Shown piece by piece: positions 1 through 10,660 of a DNA stretch of 64,000 nt. Below the pieces are notes generated by a model. The model saw only the letters and a program-made list of their open reading frames with translations, made no database searches and was not told the DNA's origin. The stretch's first letter is position 1; each line of letters begins with the position of its first letter. The stretch comes from Salinivirgaceae bacterium (lineage in GTDB: Bacteria; Bacteroidota; Bacteroidia; Bacteroidales; SZUA-534): assembly GCA_017557605.1 (NCBI GenBank), contig JAFYYJ010000044.1:19655-83654 (forward strand), given 5' to 3'. The translations under genes and the position numbers were made by a program.

Positions 1-117
1 GCAAAAATTTCACTCTCGAAACTTACCTTTCCGCACCAATTGGTTCGATTATTGTTTGTTGAGCAACTGTACCGCTGCCATACCATATTAAAGGGGGAGC
101 CGTATCATCATATTTAA

Positions 118-147
118 ACGATAACACTGACACTAACGCTGACGTAA
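118..147 (+). repeat. ACGATAAC/ACTGAC word-repeat element, copy 1
   Basis: The sequence 'acgataacactgacactaacgctgacgtaa' lies upstream of the kinase gene. The same syllables occur in the copies at 8.8, 13.9, 15.4 and 25.1 kb. Confidence 0.7.
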
Positions 148-196
148 GCAACCTACTTATAACTTAAAACTTCAAACACTAAACGCTACCCTTTCA

Positions 197-3100
197 ATGC
201 ACTTCCTATCGCGACACCGGCTTCTTATTCTAGCACTCATCTGCTTTGGAGCGATGTATGCGATGCTGCACACCGAAAAAAACGTCAACATTGTTGAGCC
301 GGAGCGGTTGGATTTCATCAACAGACTGCACAACAAGGAACTGCTGGCCGAGCAGCTTGCCGACTCACTTATGGAAGCGGCCAACCGCAACCAGATTCCG
401 CAATTCGCAAACGGCGACAATCCTCGTCCCGACAACCTCTATAACCGCCACGGCATAATACTTTATCTGTACGAGGGTAAAAACCTGACTTACTGGACAA
501 ACAGCAACATTGCCATACCCGAAGGCGAATGGTACAAGACTCCGTTTGTGCACTCGGGCAACGCCTATATAGTGCCGAAAATCAAGACTTCGGACACCCG
601 GGCAGCTGTTGCTGCGATAGTTGTCAAGGAGGAATATTCTTACGAGAATGCCTTTTTGAAGAACCACATCCACCCGTCGTTCGACATCGACAACACGCTT
701 GAAATATCAATGGACGACCGCGAGTCGGAGAATGCCATTTACAGCAACGACGGCAACTATCTGTTCACCTTCAGCCTGGAGCAGACCGACGCTACAGCCG
801 ACAAGCGCAAAGCAGCCTATCCGCTCCTTCTGCTTTCTCTGCTATTGTTGCTGCTCTACGCCCAGCAGGGCATAAAAAAGAACCGGCTCAGCAATCGCAA
901 GTTCTTCACCATAGCGCTTATCGCCATTGGTGTGCGTATAGCTTTACAAGTGTTCATACCGCGTGATTTCTACAACCAAATGGCCATTTTTCAACCGCAG
1001 CACTTTGCCTCGTCGGTGGTGTTCCCGTCACTTGGCGATATGCTTGTAACGGTGATTCTGGTTGTATATTTGATTTTTGTGTACTTCTACAAAGTGCACT
1101 TGCAGCGGCTCGACAAATACTCGGTAGTAAAGCGCACCGCCGTACTGCTTACCTGGATAATAGTACTGGGAAGTTATTTCTTCGGCATTCAATATCTGTT
1201 GCTTACGCTAATCCGCGACTCCAATTTCCAAATTGAAGTGTGCGAGTTCACCAACTTGAACCTATTTGGCGCAGCCAGCTACTCCATTCTGCTGTTGTTG
1301 TTCATCGGGTTCCTGTTTCTGCTCAGCAAGGCATCAATACAGATTCTTAAAACCTACAGTTTTGTCCACGCCATAGCCATAATAGTTCCGACGCTGCTGG
1401 CGGCGTCGCTTATGTGGCTGCACTACTACGACACGCCCACCAACCGGCTCACCTGCGCGGCGCTCATATCGCTGACAGTCATCTGGTTTCATCTGCGCAA
1501 ACGGCTGCAGGTCAACTATGTCAGCATTGCCATGTTCATCGGCCTGTTCGCATTGTATGTTACTGCTTTTCTGCGGATTGAAGAGCAGCGCCGGCAAGAC
1601 GAGGAGTGCGAGGTAATGGCCATAGGTCTGGCTCAAGTTCAGGACCCCGTGGCCGAAATGGTGCTGAACGATGTGATGAACGACATGAAGTCCGACAGCG
1701 AACTGACTGAGATTCTGCAAAGCGATGCCTTCGACTACGACTATCTGTGCCGATACCTGCAAAACCGCTATTTCACCGGATATATGAACCGGTACAATTT
1801 CACGCTCAGCATCTGCGACTCGCACAATAACCTGACCGCCGGCGCCGCTGTCGACCAGCAAAACTGCTACACATATTACAACAGATATCTGCGCCAGTAC
1901 GGCACACGCACACAGGTGCGCGGACTGTTCAACATAAAAGACCCACGCGCTGAGACCACCTATCTGTTCCGCGTGATAGTCCCCGTGCGGCACGGCAGCT
2001 ATGTGACAATGTATTTTGAGCTGTCACTGAAGATGAATTACGAGTCGCTTGGCTACCCCGAGCTACTGCTTGAGAAACCTCTCTCGACCGAGAAATACAA
2101 ACAGCACATCAGCTACGCCAAATATCAGAGCGGCAGACTTGTGCTTCATTCAGGCGCCTTCCCCTACGCCTTCGACCGTCAGGTTTACGGACAACACGAC
2201 AGCGAAACGGAGCATTTCCAGTACGAAAAGTACGACCATGTGATTTACAACAAAGACGCCGACAACTGCATCATTGTCAGCACACCGTCAATTCACCTGT
2301 TCAACCTGCTGATTTCCTTCACTTTCTCATTCTCGTTCTTCATCTTGATGATTACGCTGCTGGCGTTTCTGGCCAACTCGTACACCAAATTGTTTGATAT
2401 CCGCTTCACCATAAAAAACAAGATTCTGTCGTCAATAATGGTCATTCTGTTCATCTCGTCGGCAGCAATTGTGGCGGGTGTGGTTTACTACACAATAAAC
2501 CACTACCAGCAGTCGCAGAACGACATAATGACCTCAAAAATCCAGTCGATATTAATGGAAATGGAGCAGCACTACTCCAGAATAAGCGATATCAAGCGTA
2601 TACCGACCGACGAGCTGAACAACACCCTCACATCGTCGGCTAACATCTTCCTTACCGACATCAACCTCTACGACCGCGGCGGAAATCTGGTGGCCACATC
2701 GCGGCGTGAGATTTACTCGCGCAAGCTGACCAGCGAAAAGATGAACGCCACAGCCTACCGCGAATTGGAAATCAACAAGAAATCGCGGTTCATTCACAAG
2801 GAGAACATCGGGCAGCTCGAATACTACTCGGCCTACGTGCCGTTCATTAACGCGCAGAACCGGCTGCTGGGCTACATCAACCTCCCCTACTTCATCAAAC
2901 AAGCCGACTTGCGCGAGGAGCTGACAAACGTGTCGGTAACCGTAATCAACATTTTTGTGGTTATCATTATAATAAGCATATTGATAGCATTTTACCTATC
3001 GAAACGAATCACCAAACCTATTATCGATGTTCAGGAACGAATACGCAGCATCGACATTGGCAAGAGTAACCAACGGGTTGAATATGAAGGTGATGATGAG

Positions 3101-3853
3101 ATTGCCGAACTTGTGAACGAATACAACCTTATGCTCGACGAATTGAGCATAAGCGCGGCGCGGCTGGCCAAATCGGAGCGCGAGACAGCTTGGCGTGAAA
3201 TGGCGCGGCAAGTGGCGCACGAAATCAAGAATCCGCTTACGCCTATGAAACTCAGCGTTCAGCTGCTGGAGCGCTCGCTGCACAACGGCGACCCCGACTT
3301 CAAAGAGCGCTTTGAGAACACCTCGCGCACAATGATTGAACAAATTGACAGCCTGTCGTCGATAGCATCGGAGTTCTCGCAGTTTGCGCGTATGCCTGAA
3401 GGCCACACCGAATTAGTAAACCTGAACGAGCGCATCAATCAAAGTGTGGAGCTGTTCCGCGACACCACAAACACACAGATAAACTTTACCGAACCGGCAG
3501 GCCGAATAGTCAAGATAATGGCCGACAACGACCGCATGCTTCAGGTATTCAACAATCTGATTAAGAATGCTATACAAGCCATTCCGCAGAAACGGAAAGG
3601 CCGCATCAACATTTCGCTGAGGTGCTTCAAAGGCCGCGCCGTAGTTGAGGTGCAGGACAACGGCACTGGCATATCGCCCGAAACCGAGCCGAAGCTGTTC
3701 CAACCTAACTTCACCACCAAGACAAGCGGCACCGGACTTGGGCTTGCCATTGTCAAGAATATTGTGGAAGAGGCTGGCGGCGCTATCTGGTTCCGTTCAA
3801 AACCAGGGCGCGGAACGTCGTTCTTCGTTTCGTTCCCGCTGGCGGCAGAATAA
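197..3853 (+). CDS. Large multi-pass membrane sensor histidine kinase
   Basis: 1218-aa ORF with many hydrophobic segments in the N-terminal two thirds. H-box 'HEIKNPLTPM' is present. C-terminal HATPase motifs are 'NLIKNAIQA', 'DNGTGI' and 'GTGLGLAIV'. Confidence 0.85.
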   Translation: MHFLSRHRLLILALICFGAMYAMLHTEKNVNIVEPERLDFINRLHNKELLAEQLADSLMEAANRNQIPQFANGDNPRPDNLYNRHGIILYLYEGKNLTYWTNSNIAIPEGEWYKTPFVHSGNAYIVPKIKTSDTRAAVAAIVVKEEYSYENAFLKNHIHPSFDIDNTLEISMDDRESENAIYSNDGNYLFTFSLEQTDATADKRKAAYPLLLLSLLLLLLYAQQGIKKNRLSNRKFFTIALIAIGVRIALQVFIPRDFYNQMAIFQPQHFASSVVFPSLGDMLVTVILVVYLIFVYFYKVHLQRLDKYSVVKRTAVLLTWIIVLGSYFFGIQYLLLTLIRDSNFQIEVCEFTNLNLFGAASYSILLLLFIGFLFLLSKASIQILKTYSFVHAIAIIVPTLLAASLMWLHYYDTPTNRLTCAALISLTVIWFHLRKRLQVNYVSIAMFIGLFALYVTAFLRIEEQRRQDEECEVMAIGLAQVQDPVAEMVLNDVMNDMKSDSELTEILQSDAFDYDYLCRYLQNRYFTGYMNRYNFTLSICDSHNNLTAGAAVDQQNCYTYYNRYLRQYGTRTQVRGLFNIKDPRAETTYLFRVIVPVRHGSYVTMYFELSLKMNYESLGYPELLLEKPLSTEKYKQHISYAKYQSGRLVLHSGAFPYAFDRQVYGQHDSETEHFQYEKYDHVIYNKDADNCIIVSTPSIHLFNLLISFTFSFSFFILMITLLAFLANSYTKLFDIRFTIKNKILSSIMVILFISSAAIVAGVVYYTINHYQQSQNDIMTSKIQSILMEMEQHYSRISDIKRIPTDELNNTLTSSANIFLTDINLYDRGGNLVATSRREIYSRKLTSEKMNATAYRELEINKKSRFIHKENIGQLEYYSAYVPFINAQNRLLGYINLPYFIKQADLREELTNVSVTVINIFVVIIIISILIAFYLSKRITKPIIDVQERIRSIDIGKSNQRVEYEGDDEIAELVNEYNLMLDELSISAARLAKSERETAWREMARQVAHEIKNPLTPMKLSVQLLERSLHNGDPDFKERFENTSRTMIEQIDSLSSIASEFSQFARMPEGHTELVNLNERINQSVELFRDTTNTQINFTEPAGRIVKIMADNDRMLQVFNNLIKNAIQAIPQKRKGRINISLRCFKGRAVVEVQDNGTGISPETEPKLFQPNFTTKTSGTGLGLAIVKNIVEEAGGAIWFRSKPGRGTSFFVSFPLAAE

Positions 3854-3855
3854 GA

Positions 3856-6800
3856 TTATTGCAATTTCACCAATCGGCCGACACCGTTTTTCAGACTGGC
3901 ATTTTTCGTTGGACGACGGCTGATTTTCTCCCCGCCGATACGTGCCGTAACCTTATAGAAATATACACCCGCGGGCAGCGATGCACCATACCGGTTAGTG
4001 CCGTCCCAAACAAAAGCCGAGAGATTACGCCCGATATGCAAGCCTTGGAAATCAGCCAGAGTGAGCGTGCGGACAATCTCGCCCGTAGGAGCGTATATGT
4101 CGATAGTCAATTCGTCGGGCAACTCGGAGCCTGTTATTTCAAAAGCAAAGCGTGTGCTGACCGTGAATGGATTCGGAAAAGCATAAACATCTGTCATACT
4201 GCTTTCCGTAATTACCTGGAACGAAATAAGATAATCATCCGTACCCGACTCGTTACCCGACACGTCGTGGCATCGCACACGTAACTGGTAAACACCGTCG
4301 TCGAGCGAAAGAACAAGCACCAAACGCGCCTCGTTGTCAGCCACCGAACCAACCTCAAAGCTGACGGCAGAATTACCCAGGTTGATTTTCTCCTCAACAC
4401 CAGTTGACAAATTAGTCAGATAAACCGAGAACAGGCTTGTATCGACAAGAGCAAAATACTGATTATCATCAGTCATGCGGATTACTATTTCAGGCTTTGC
4501 TGAAACAATCTCGCCGTCTTGAATATGCCGACCGTCGATTGTCACGTCCATAAGCGGATTGCGGTTGTCGCCAACAACGCAGAACTGTCTGATTACAAAG
4601 TTGTTGAAATGCGTCAGCTCGGGTTGGTCGTAAGCTGATGAACCTTCGGGCTTCGGGTTAAGCTCGGCGTAGAAAACATTGTCGCCAACAAGCCCGGCTG
4701 TAGAGAAACCAACCGTATCTGTAATATATTCAGAAGGTTGTAAAGCCTTCAACCTATGGTAGCCAATATCAATAATCTGATTGGCGGCCGTCTGAATCCA
4801 ATAATGCACAAGCACGCTGTCGGCTGGTTGCAAGCCGATGTTCTCAATTGCAACCGACACGCGCCCGCGCTCGCCCTCGGCAAGAGTGTCGGCATAAAAA
4901 GACCACTCACGCTGCTGATTGACAGCCAAATCGGTGTATGGCTCATACAAAACGCGCCACATTTTCAGTTGCGACGGTGTTCGGAGCGAGTCGTCACGCG
5001 TCTCGAACTGCAGTCGCAAGTAGCTGTATCGTCCAGCATCGATGCCCGACAAATCGGTCACTGCCGTATCGATGCCGCTCATCAGGATTGTTGTGGAGCC
5101 ATTGGCCTCAACACCAAGGACATTCACGCAATTCACATCCATTGTGTCGGCATCGGCCTTCCACTGCAGCGCCCCCCACCGGCTCGACGGACCTATCGCC
5201 GGACTTGTTATAGTGCCGTAATTATAAGCCGTTTGCAGTGTCCGGTGAAAATCGATGACAGCGGTCGCCGACGAGCCGTAAATCTCCTCGGTCTGTTCGG
5301 GGTGGCCCTTCTGCGTGAAGAAGATATACGGAGTATTATCGCCAAGGATGCGGATGCCCTCAGAGCCCCAATCCTCAAACTTCTGGTAAGCCGAATCGGG
5401 CCATTGGCGGAACTTGCCCGAGATGAACGAATAGACCATAAAATAGTCACCGTCAGGCACATACGTTTCCACCATATTGATAAGTCTGTTGACACCTTCG
5501 GCCGGTGTCCACATATAAAATATGAAATATTGCTCGTAGTCGGCCAGCGAACAGTTAGGATAGTTCCATTGGCCGTATGCCGACCTGTCGGAACGCCACG
5601 GTAGCAACGTTGTTGAGTCGATGACAACCAGCAACAGCGCGGCGTTAACACCGCACGACGATGAGCCGCCGTAGCCGTCGAGCGAATAATAGATTCCCAT
5701 ATAGTCATTATCGTTTTTAGGCGAACCGATGTTGTGACAGCGAACGGTGCGGTAAGCTGGCGCAAAACGGAATCTTCGGGTTGCCGAATCGATAGTGATA
5801 TGTTCCAAATCGTTATCATCAAGTTGTTCAAAATGAGACTGTTCCCAGCCAGTCAGTCCGGCGTGAGCCACAAAAGAGCTCTCCGACCAGCCGTTGTCGC
5901 TACCGTCGCCAACGCGCCAGAAATATGTGGTACCTGTATCTAGGCGAGTTTGAGGCTGCCAGCGCACCACACTGCCATTGTGGACAATTTCCTCAGTAAG
6001 CCGAGCCGGACTGTCAAAACGTGCTGTAGTGTCGAGTTGGAAAATATCGGTTTGCGGGTCAGAAAGCGCGCTTGAGGTTGATGCCACCAACTCCTTGGGC
6101 GCCTGCGGATTAAGGCTGTAGTTGAAAGGCGACACGGCCCTCGTCTGGTGCGACGCCACAAATGCGGTGACGCTTGCCTGGTTGTTATCCTCCGACAGCT
6201 CCTCAATGGCATTTTGCGTGTCGAGCGTTATGGTAAACGTGTTCATACCCGCCTCTGACGATTGCCCTATCGGCAGGCGGAAATCGACCGTCTGTCTGTA
6301 GTTCAAGTTACTGATTGTCTTACTCAAACCAAACAAAGTACCGTCGGCAAGGCAGCGTTCAAGCTTAACATCGAAAGGCGATGTTATGGCGCGGCCTATG
6401 TTGCGTAAAGTGACGCTCACCGTGAACGAATCGACATCGGTTGACAGCAACGCCGGAGTGAACGACACATCGGACGACGAAATCTGCAAATCGGGCAGCG
6501 ACGGGCTGTTAAGCACAATGCAAGGGTCGCCATGCAGCACCATTTCGTGGACGGTGCTCATTGCCAGCCGCGAGCTAGCGTCGGCCATTGCCTTCTGAGC
6601 CGCAAGCATCTGCCGGCCTACCGTCTGGCCATACATATCCGATGCCAGATTGCGATAGAAAGCCGACGAGAAGCGGTCGAGATAGCTCGCTACTCCCTCG
6701 TTCACCGTGGCTATAAAACCAATGGCGCCCTTCCGCGCAATCATCACCCACTTCTCGCTTACGCTACTCTGCGTTGTTCCGAAGATATTGCCTGTGTAAC

Positions 6801-8706
6801 AAGAATTTGACAGTATCAGCGGATAGCGGCCGTCGTTGTGAAAAGTGGTTGGCGCGTCAATGTCCTGGTCGAAGCCCGACGCCGAACCGTGGCCGAAAAA
6901 GGTCATCAGACTTATACCACTGTTTACCAACATATTGACGCTGTCGTTTTTCGATGTCGAAATTGGGTCGGAGGTAGCCTTGTAGAACGATGTTACCGCG
7001 CCACCGAACAGCGTGTCGGAAATGGTGGCCGCATAGCTTGACATATAGCTGCGAATGCTACGTTGCTCGTTTTTGTTGTTTCCGCCGCAGAAATGCAGCA
7101 CGCGCTTCATCCACTCGGCAGGTTTGTTATTTTCAAACGCCTTAACCTTAGCAAGATAAGTATCGACATCATTTTCGGTTAGAGCCGCCAAACGGCCTGT
7201 GGCAAGCGTTGGCGCACAGCCCGAACCGCCTATGTAAGCCGAAAGTAGCGCGTCGGAAGCCGGATTGCCCATTGGCGGAATCAGGCTGTATTTGTCGTTT
7301 GTGGTGTTTTTGCGTGTTGAGTTGACGGGCAGGCCTTTGCCTATAATAAACAGATATTCAGGCTTGACACTCCAAACCGATGAGATATACTCAACAAATT
7401 TGCGGATAGCCAGCGGATGCCGGGTTATGCCATATCCGAACTGATTGTAAATATCTTCAACATCAACCAGATAAGCATCGCGGTAATCGGCATAGCGCTG
7501 AGCGGCCCGCATAAGCGAACTATGCGAGATAATCACCATTGATTTCCCGCTGACATTATGGTTGGACATATTGGCATTGGTGATGTCGCTCACAGTGGCA
7601 AACGCCCCATTATCGATAACAATCATCAGCACTGGCTCCGAATGCGCCGGCACAACCGCCGAGGCCTCGCTGCCGCTGACAAGCAATGGGATGCGCATAT
7701 TCCGAGTGATGTCGTAAAGCATCCCTCCTTCCGAGAATGTCATTCCGCTTATTGTCACGCTCTTATCGGAAGCCGACGGCGGCAACTGAAACACCTGCTG
7801 GCGGCGTTTCGCAAAATTGAATCCCGAAGGATAAACCACCTCAACATAAGCCAGTCGCGAATAGTCGGTTTCGACACTCATATCGTTCACACTGCTGACC
7901 GTCAGCTTGTTACTGGCGGCAAACTTATCGGCTCTGATTTGCGCCGAATATTTCAGCGTGCGCAAGCCAGTAAAAATGGTGTCGGCAGAAAAATCGATAA
8001 AAGAAACCGTAAGATGATGCCAACTTTTTGAATATGTGCCCAACGCCATACTGAAAGTGGCCCATAGCGAAGTGTCGGCATAAATGTCAGGTGTCGGTAT
8101 TGTCTTGGTTACACTTTTACCTATAGTGAGCGCCGTTGCGTCGAACCAGCCCTCGCCGGCGGTGTAAAGGCAGTTCTCCTCGCCCGACAGATAAGTGCCC
8201 GTGTACTGGCAAACGGTATCGACCATACAATATTCTGCCGCATCATACCCCTCAATGCTTTGCGTGGCAATCTGCTGATAGCGCAGATTTGAGAAACTTG
8301 AATTGAATGTCAGAAAAACAGCGCCCTCGTCGGTTACAAGGCTATAATGCGGATTGGCTTGATTTTCAGGATTGTCGTACATCTCGGCATCAAGACGTCC
8401 GTTGTTGCCTTCGGCATAAAACTCAATGAAGCGGCACAAACCCGAGGCCTCGCCGTCGATGTAACACGGTATCGGTTTTCCGTTCTGAATCATCTGGATA
8501 TTCTGCGGACTGTAGTTTCCAATGGGCACTCCGGCCGACTCAAGCTGGCTACGGTAAACCCGATAGACGCCCGTACGCGGCACGGCAAGGCGGTAATACT
8601 CCTGCCCGAAGCGCACCCAACTGTTGGTAAACGATTGGGCGACAGCATCAAAAGCCGCAAAAACAGCTAAAACCGAAAAAACTATGCCACAAAAACGCCT
8701 CATCAT
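3856..8706 (-). CDS. C25 (gingipain-like) family cysteine peptidase with T9SS C-terminal sorting domain
   Basis: 1616-aa ORF with signal peptide 'MMRRFCGIVFSVLAVFAAFDAVAQ'. His/Cys dyad context is 'FFGHGSASGF...LILSNSCYTGNIF'. The C-terminus has 'VYAFPNPF', typical of a T9SS type A CTD. Confidence 0.75.
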   Translation of the reverse strand: MMRRFCGIVFSVLAVFAAFDAVAQSFTNSWVRFGQEYYRLAVPRTGVYRVYRSQLESAGVPIGNYSPQNIQMIQNGKPIPCYIDGEASGLCRFIEFYAEGNNGRLDAEMYDNPENQANPHYSLVTDEGAVFLTFNSSFSNLRYQQIATQSIEGYDAAEYCMVDTVCQYTGTYLSGEENCLYTAGEGWFDATALTIGKSVTKTIPTPDIYADTSLWATFSMALGTYSKSWHHLTVSFIDFSADTIFTGLRTLKYSAQIRADKFAASNKLTVSSVNDMSVETDYSRLAYVEVVYPSGFNFAKRRQQVFQLPPSASDKSVTISGMTFSEGGMLYDITRNMRIPLLVSGSEASAVVPAHSEPVLMIVIDNGAFATVSDITNANMSNHNVSGKSMVIISHSSLMRAAQRYADYRDAYLVDVEDIYNQFGYGITRHPLAIRKFVEYISSVWSVKPEYLFIIGKGLPVNSTRKNTTNDKYSLIPPMGNPASDALLSAYIGGSGCAPTLATGRLAALTENDVDTYLAKVKAFENNKPAEWMKRVLHFCGGNNKNEQRSIRSYMSSYAATISDTLFGGAVTSFYKATSDPISTSKNDSVNMLVNSGISLMTFFGHGSASGFDQDIDAPTTFHNDGRYPLILSNSCYTGNIFGTTQSSVSEKWVMIARKGAIGFIATVNEGVASYLDRFSSAFYRNLASDMYGQTVGRQMLAAQKAMADASSRLAMSTVHEMVLHGDPCIVLNSPSLPDLQISSSDVSFTPALLSTDVDSFTVSVTLRNIGRAITSPFDVKLERCLADGTLFGLSKTISNLNYRQTVDFRLPIGQSSEAGMNTFTITLDTQNAIEELSEDNNQASVTAFVASHQTRAVSPFNYSLNPQAPKELVASTSSALSDPQTDIFQLDTTARFDSPARLTEEIVHNGSVVRWQPQTRLDTGTTYFWRVGDGSDNGWSESSFVAHAGLTGWEQSHFEQLDDNDLEHITIDSATRRFRFAPAYRTVRCHNIGSPKNDNDYMGIYYSLDGYGGSSSCGVNAALLLVVIDSTTLLPWRSDRSAYGQWNYPNCSLADYEQYFIFYMWTPAEGVNRLINMVETYVPDGDYFMVYSFISGKFRQWPDSAYQKFEDWGSEGIRILGDNTPYIFFTQKGHPEQTEEIYGSSATAVIDFHRTLQTAYNYGTITSPAIGPSSRWGALQWKADADTMDVNCVNVLGVEANGSTTILMSGIDTAVTDLSGIDAGRYSYLRLQFETRDDSLRTPSQLKMWRVLYEPYTDLAVNQQREWSFYADTLAEGERGRVSVAIENIGLQPADSVLVHYWIQTAANQIIDIGYHRLKALQPSEYITDTVGFSTAGLVGDNVFYAELNPKPEGSSAYDQPELTHFNNFVIRQFCVVGDNRNPLMDVTIDGRHIQDGEIVSAKPEIVIRMTDDNQYFALVDTSLFSVYLTNLSTGVEEKINLGNSAVSFEVGSVADNEARLVLVLSLDDGVYQLRVRCHDVSGNESGTDDYLISFQVITESSMTDVYAFPNPFTVSTRFAFEITGSELPDELTIDIYAPTGEIVRTLTLADFQGLHIGRNLSAFVWDGTNRYGASLPAGVYFYKVTARIGGEKISRRPTKNASLKNGVGRLVKLQ

Positions 8707-8783
8707 TCAAATTGCCGTAAAATCAAACAAATTTAAGCATTTAACGCTGTTGTGATATTGTTTTTTGGTGAATTGCCAAGGCT

Positions 8784-8909
8784 ATGGGGCGAATAACTGA
8801 AACGATAACTATGACGATAACGATAACTAAAACGATGACGATAACAGAAACGATGACGATGACGAAAACACAGACTAAAAATGAGGGCAGAATTGATGGT
8901 TTATCATAA
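8784..8909 (+). repeat. ACGATAAC word-repeat element, copy 2 (contains a 41-codon Thr-alternating mini-ORF)
   Basis: Tandem 'acgataac', 'atgacgata' and 'acgatgacg' syllables. The ATG-initiated frame reads MGRITETITMTITITKTMTITETMTMTKTQTKNEGRIDGLS. Confidence 0.7.
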
Positions 8910-8946
8910 AGGGAACATATAGGAATCCTTAAGGGAAGTCAAGGCG

Positions 8947-8974
8947 AAAAAAAAAATTTTTTCAAAAAAAAAAA
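8947..8974. repeat. Homopolymer cluster A10-T6-C-A11
   Basis: The sequence 'aaaaaaaaaattttttcaaaaaaaaaaa' was read directly. It lies in the intergenic region between the C25 peptidase start and the DUF2971 gene end. Confidence 0.9.
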
Positions 8975-9111
8975 TTCAAACCTCTGCTGCAATCTCGCAT
9001 AGGTTGCACTTTTGTTTATTCTAAAGTTCACTGTAGAACGGAAATGAAAGATGAATAATTGGTGTAGTTACAAAATTGCATTAGTATATCGTATTTGAAA
9101 AGACAGAAAAA

Positions 9112-10266
9112 CTAAATATTTGAGTCTTTATATGGGACAGTCCTCAATTGTCCGAAGTGTTCTTCGTCCATTTGCATCTCGTAAAACAGCACATTCTTGC
9201 CTTTCATAATTTTTAGGATTTTTCTTTTATCCTTTTTAGGACAATTTAATCCGAAATATATTGCTTCAATACTATTAGGAATACTAATCGTTGCGTGTTC
9301 ACCCTTGCCATTCACGTCGAAATAGAGAAACCGCAATTCATTTTCATATTTCCATTGTATACCTTTATAGAAAAAGGCTTTTTCAAAAGAAATGGAACCA
9401 TCTGGACTTTTTAAGTTTTCCACATGTCCGTTGTAATAATTTATATTATAGAAATATGCAACAACGTTTTCGTCCGTACACGCTACTTTGGAAACAGAAC
9501 TGTTGAATTTATACTTAATGCATACACCTTTATGAGAATCGGCATAATGTGCCCACATTAAACTTTCAAAAAAAATTGCCTCACAATTGGTTTGTTTTTC
9601 GTCGTTTCGTACTTCAGAATTAAGGTTGTTTAATGGATTACTTGTAAAACACGCGACTTTTAAACCTTCTTGGTATGCTTTATACATCAACTTGTTAATG
9701 TCTGAACTATCGGATTCCAATAAAGGTAAAAAAGGAGTATCGAACGGGTCATTAAAAATAGTGGGTGATGACAAAACTAACTGTTCGTTCATTAGTGACT
9801 TACGCAGATATTTATCACATTTACTAAAGTGGTAAGCGGTAATTGAGCGCGCTGCAAAATATGATGAAGAAATATTATAGTAAATATGTTTTTTGAAAGA
9901 TGCCACAGCCTTTTTATCCGCCCCTACTTTATGCCAACAAATACCGATTGCGTGATATAAAACATCATATATGGGCCCGTATTTTCGAATAAAACTATGA
10001 TGTAAATCAACATACTCGTTAACCAGTTTAGATAATAGTTTCACATCTTTTACTGTTGTTGTTGGCAATTCTATATGGGCTTTTGATAGAATATATAAAG
10101 ACTTACCATACTTTGATTCATCTTCAATACTGTCAGGAATAATTTTCCAATTCTCGTCAAACTCGGAAATGGCTAAATGAGCATTATGAACATTTACTTT
10201 TTCAAAGAATGTTTCGATGTATTTATAAAGCGCAGCTTCTAATTCTATGTGACTTTCGTTACTCAT
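9112..10266 (-). CDS. DUF2971 domain-containing protein
   Basis: The ORF carries the hallmark 'LSSPTIFNDPFDTPF' motif of DUF2971 and lies in an AT-rich context. I chose the ATG at 10266 (MSNESH...). The ORF track extends to 10329. Confidence 0.6.
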   Translation of the reverse strand: MSNESHIELEAALYKYIETFFEKVNVHNAHLAISEFDENWKIIPDSIEDESKYGKSLYILSKAHIELPTTTVKDVKLLSKLVNEYVDLHHSFIRKYGPIYDVLYHAIGICWHKVGADKKAVASFKKHIYYNISSSYFAARSITAYHFSKCDKYLRKSLMNEQLVLSSPTIFNDPFDTPFLPLLESDSSDINKLMYKAYQEGLKVACFTSNPLNNLNSEVRNDEKQTNCEAIFFESLMWAHYADSHKGVCIKYKFNSSVSKVACTDENVVAYFYNINYYNGHVENLKSPDGSISFEKAFFYKGIQWKYENELRFLYFDVNGKGEHATISIPNSIEAIYFGLNCPKKDKRKILKIMKGKNVLFYEMQMDEEHFGQLRTVPYKDSNI

Positions 10267-10408
10267 AACAACAAAATATGTTTGATTTCGACATTTGTGT
10301 ATCTTATTACGGCCAAAGGTAGGCAACATATGTTAAAGCAAAATAGAGAAACTTTACATCACACTCAAAAAATGATAAATGCTTACGATATGCCAACAAA
10401 AACATTCC

Positions 10409-10416
10409 TATATTTG
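10409..10416 (+). promoter_or_regulatory. Bacteroidota-type -7 promoter box (TAtaTTTG)
   Basis: Exact TAnnTTTG match 'tatatttg', about 350 nt upstream of the LRR gene ATG. Confidence 0.4.
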
Positions 10417-10660
10417 GGAAACCTTTGTGCGTTAGCGCATAGGTGGACATATTAGAAAGACGTTTACTGACGTTTTCCTTTGACACTTTGGAATCTCGCA
10501 AGGTTTGAATGGGTTGTCAGAGAAAGCAATTGTGAACGCCTCTTTGGTGTATTTAATTCGTAATATCTTATCTGTTAGGATGTTATGTCTTTTATATATC
10601 CAAACGTGGCTTTCGCGTTGCTCAATCTTACAACCCAGGGCAATGCGAGAGCCTCAAAGT

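Noticed and set aside
3856-8706. Calling the C25-like protein PorU (the T9SS sortase)
   Set aside because: It is about 400-500 aa longer than typical PorU proteins and has no adjacent porV. Family-level C25 similarity alone does not justify the specific name.
8784-8909. Thr/Ile-rich mini-ORF as a thr- or ilv-type attenuation leader peptide (it resembles the ThrL style)
   Set aside because: No amino-acid biosynthesis genes lie downstream. The Thr-x pattern follows from the ACGATAAC DNA repeat, which occurs in unrelated contexts.
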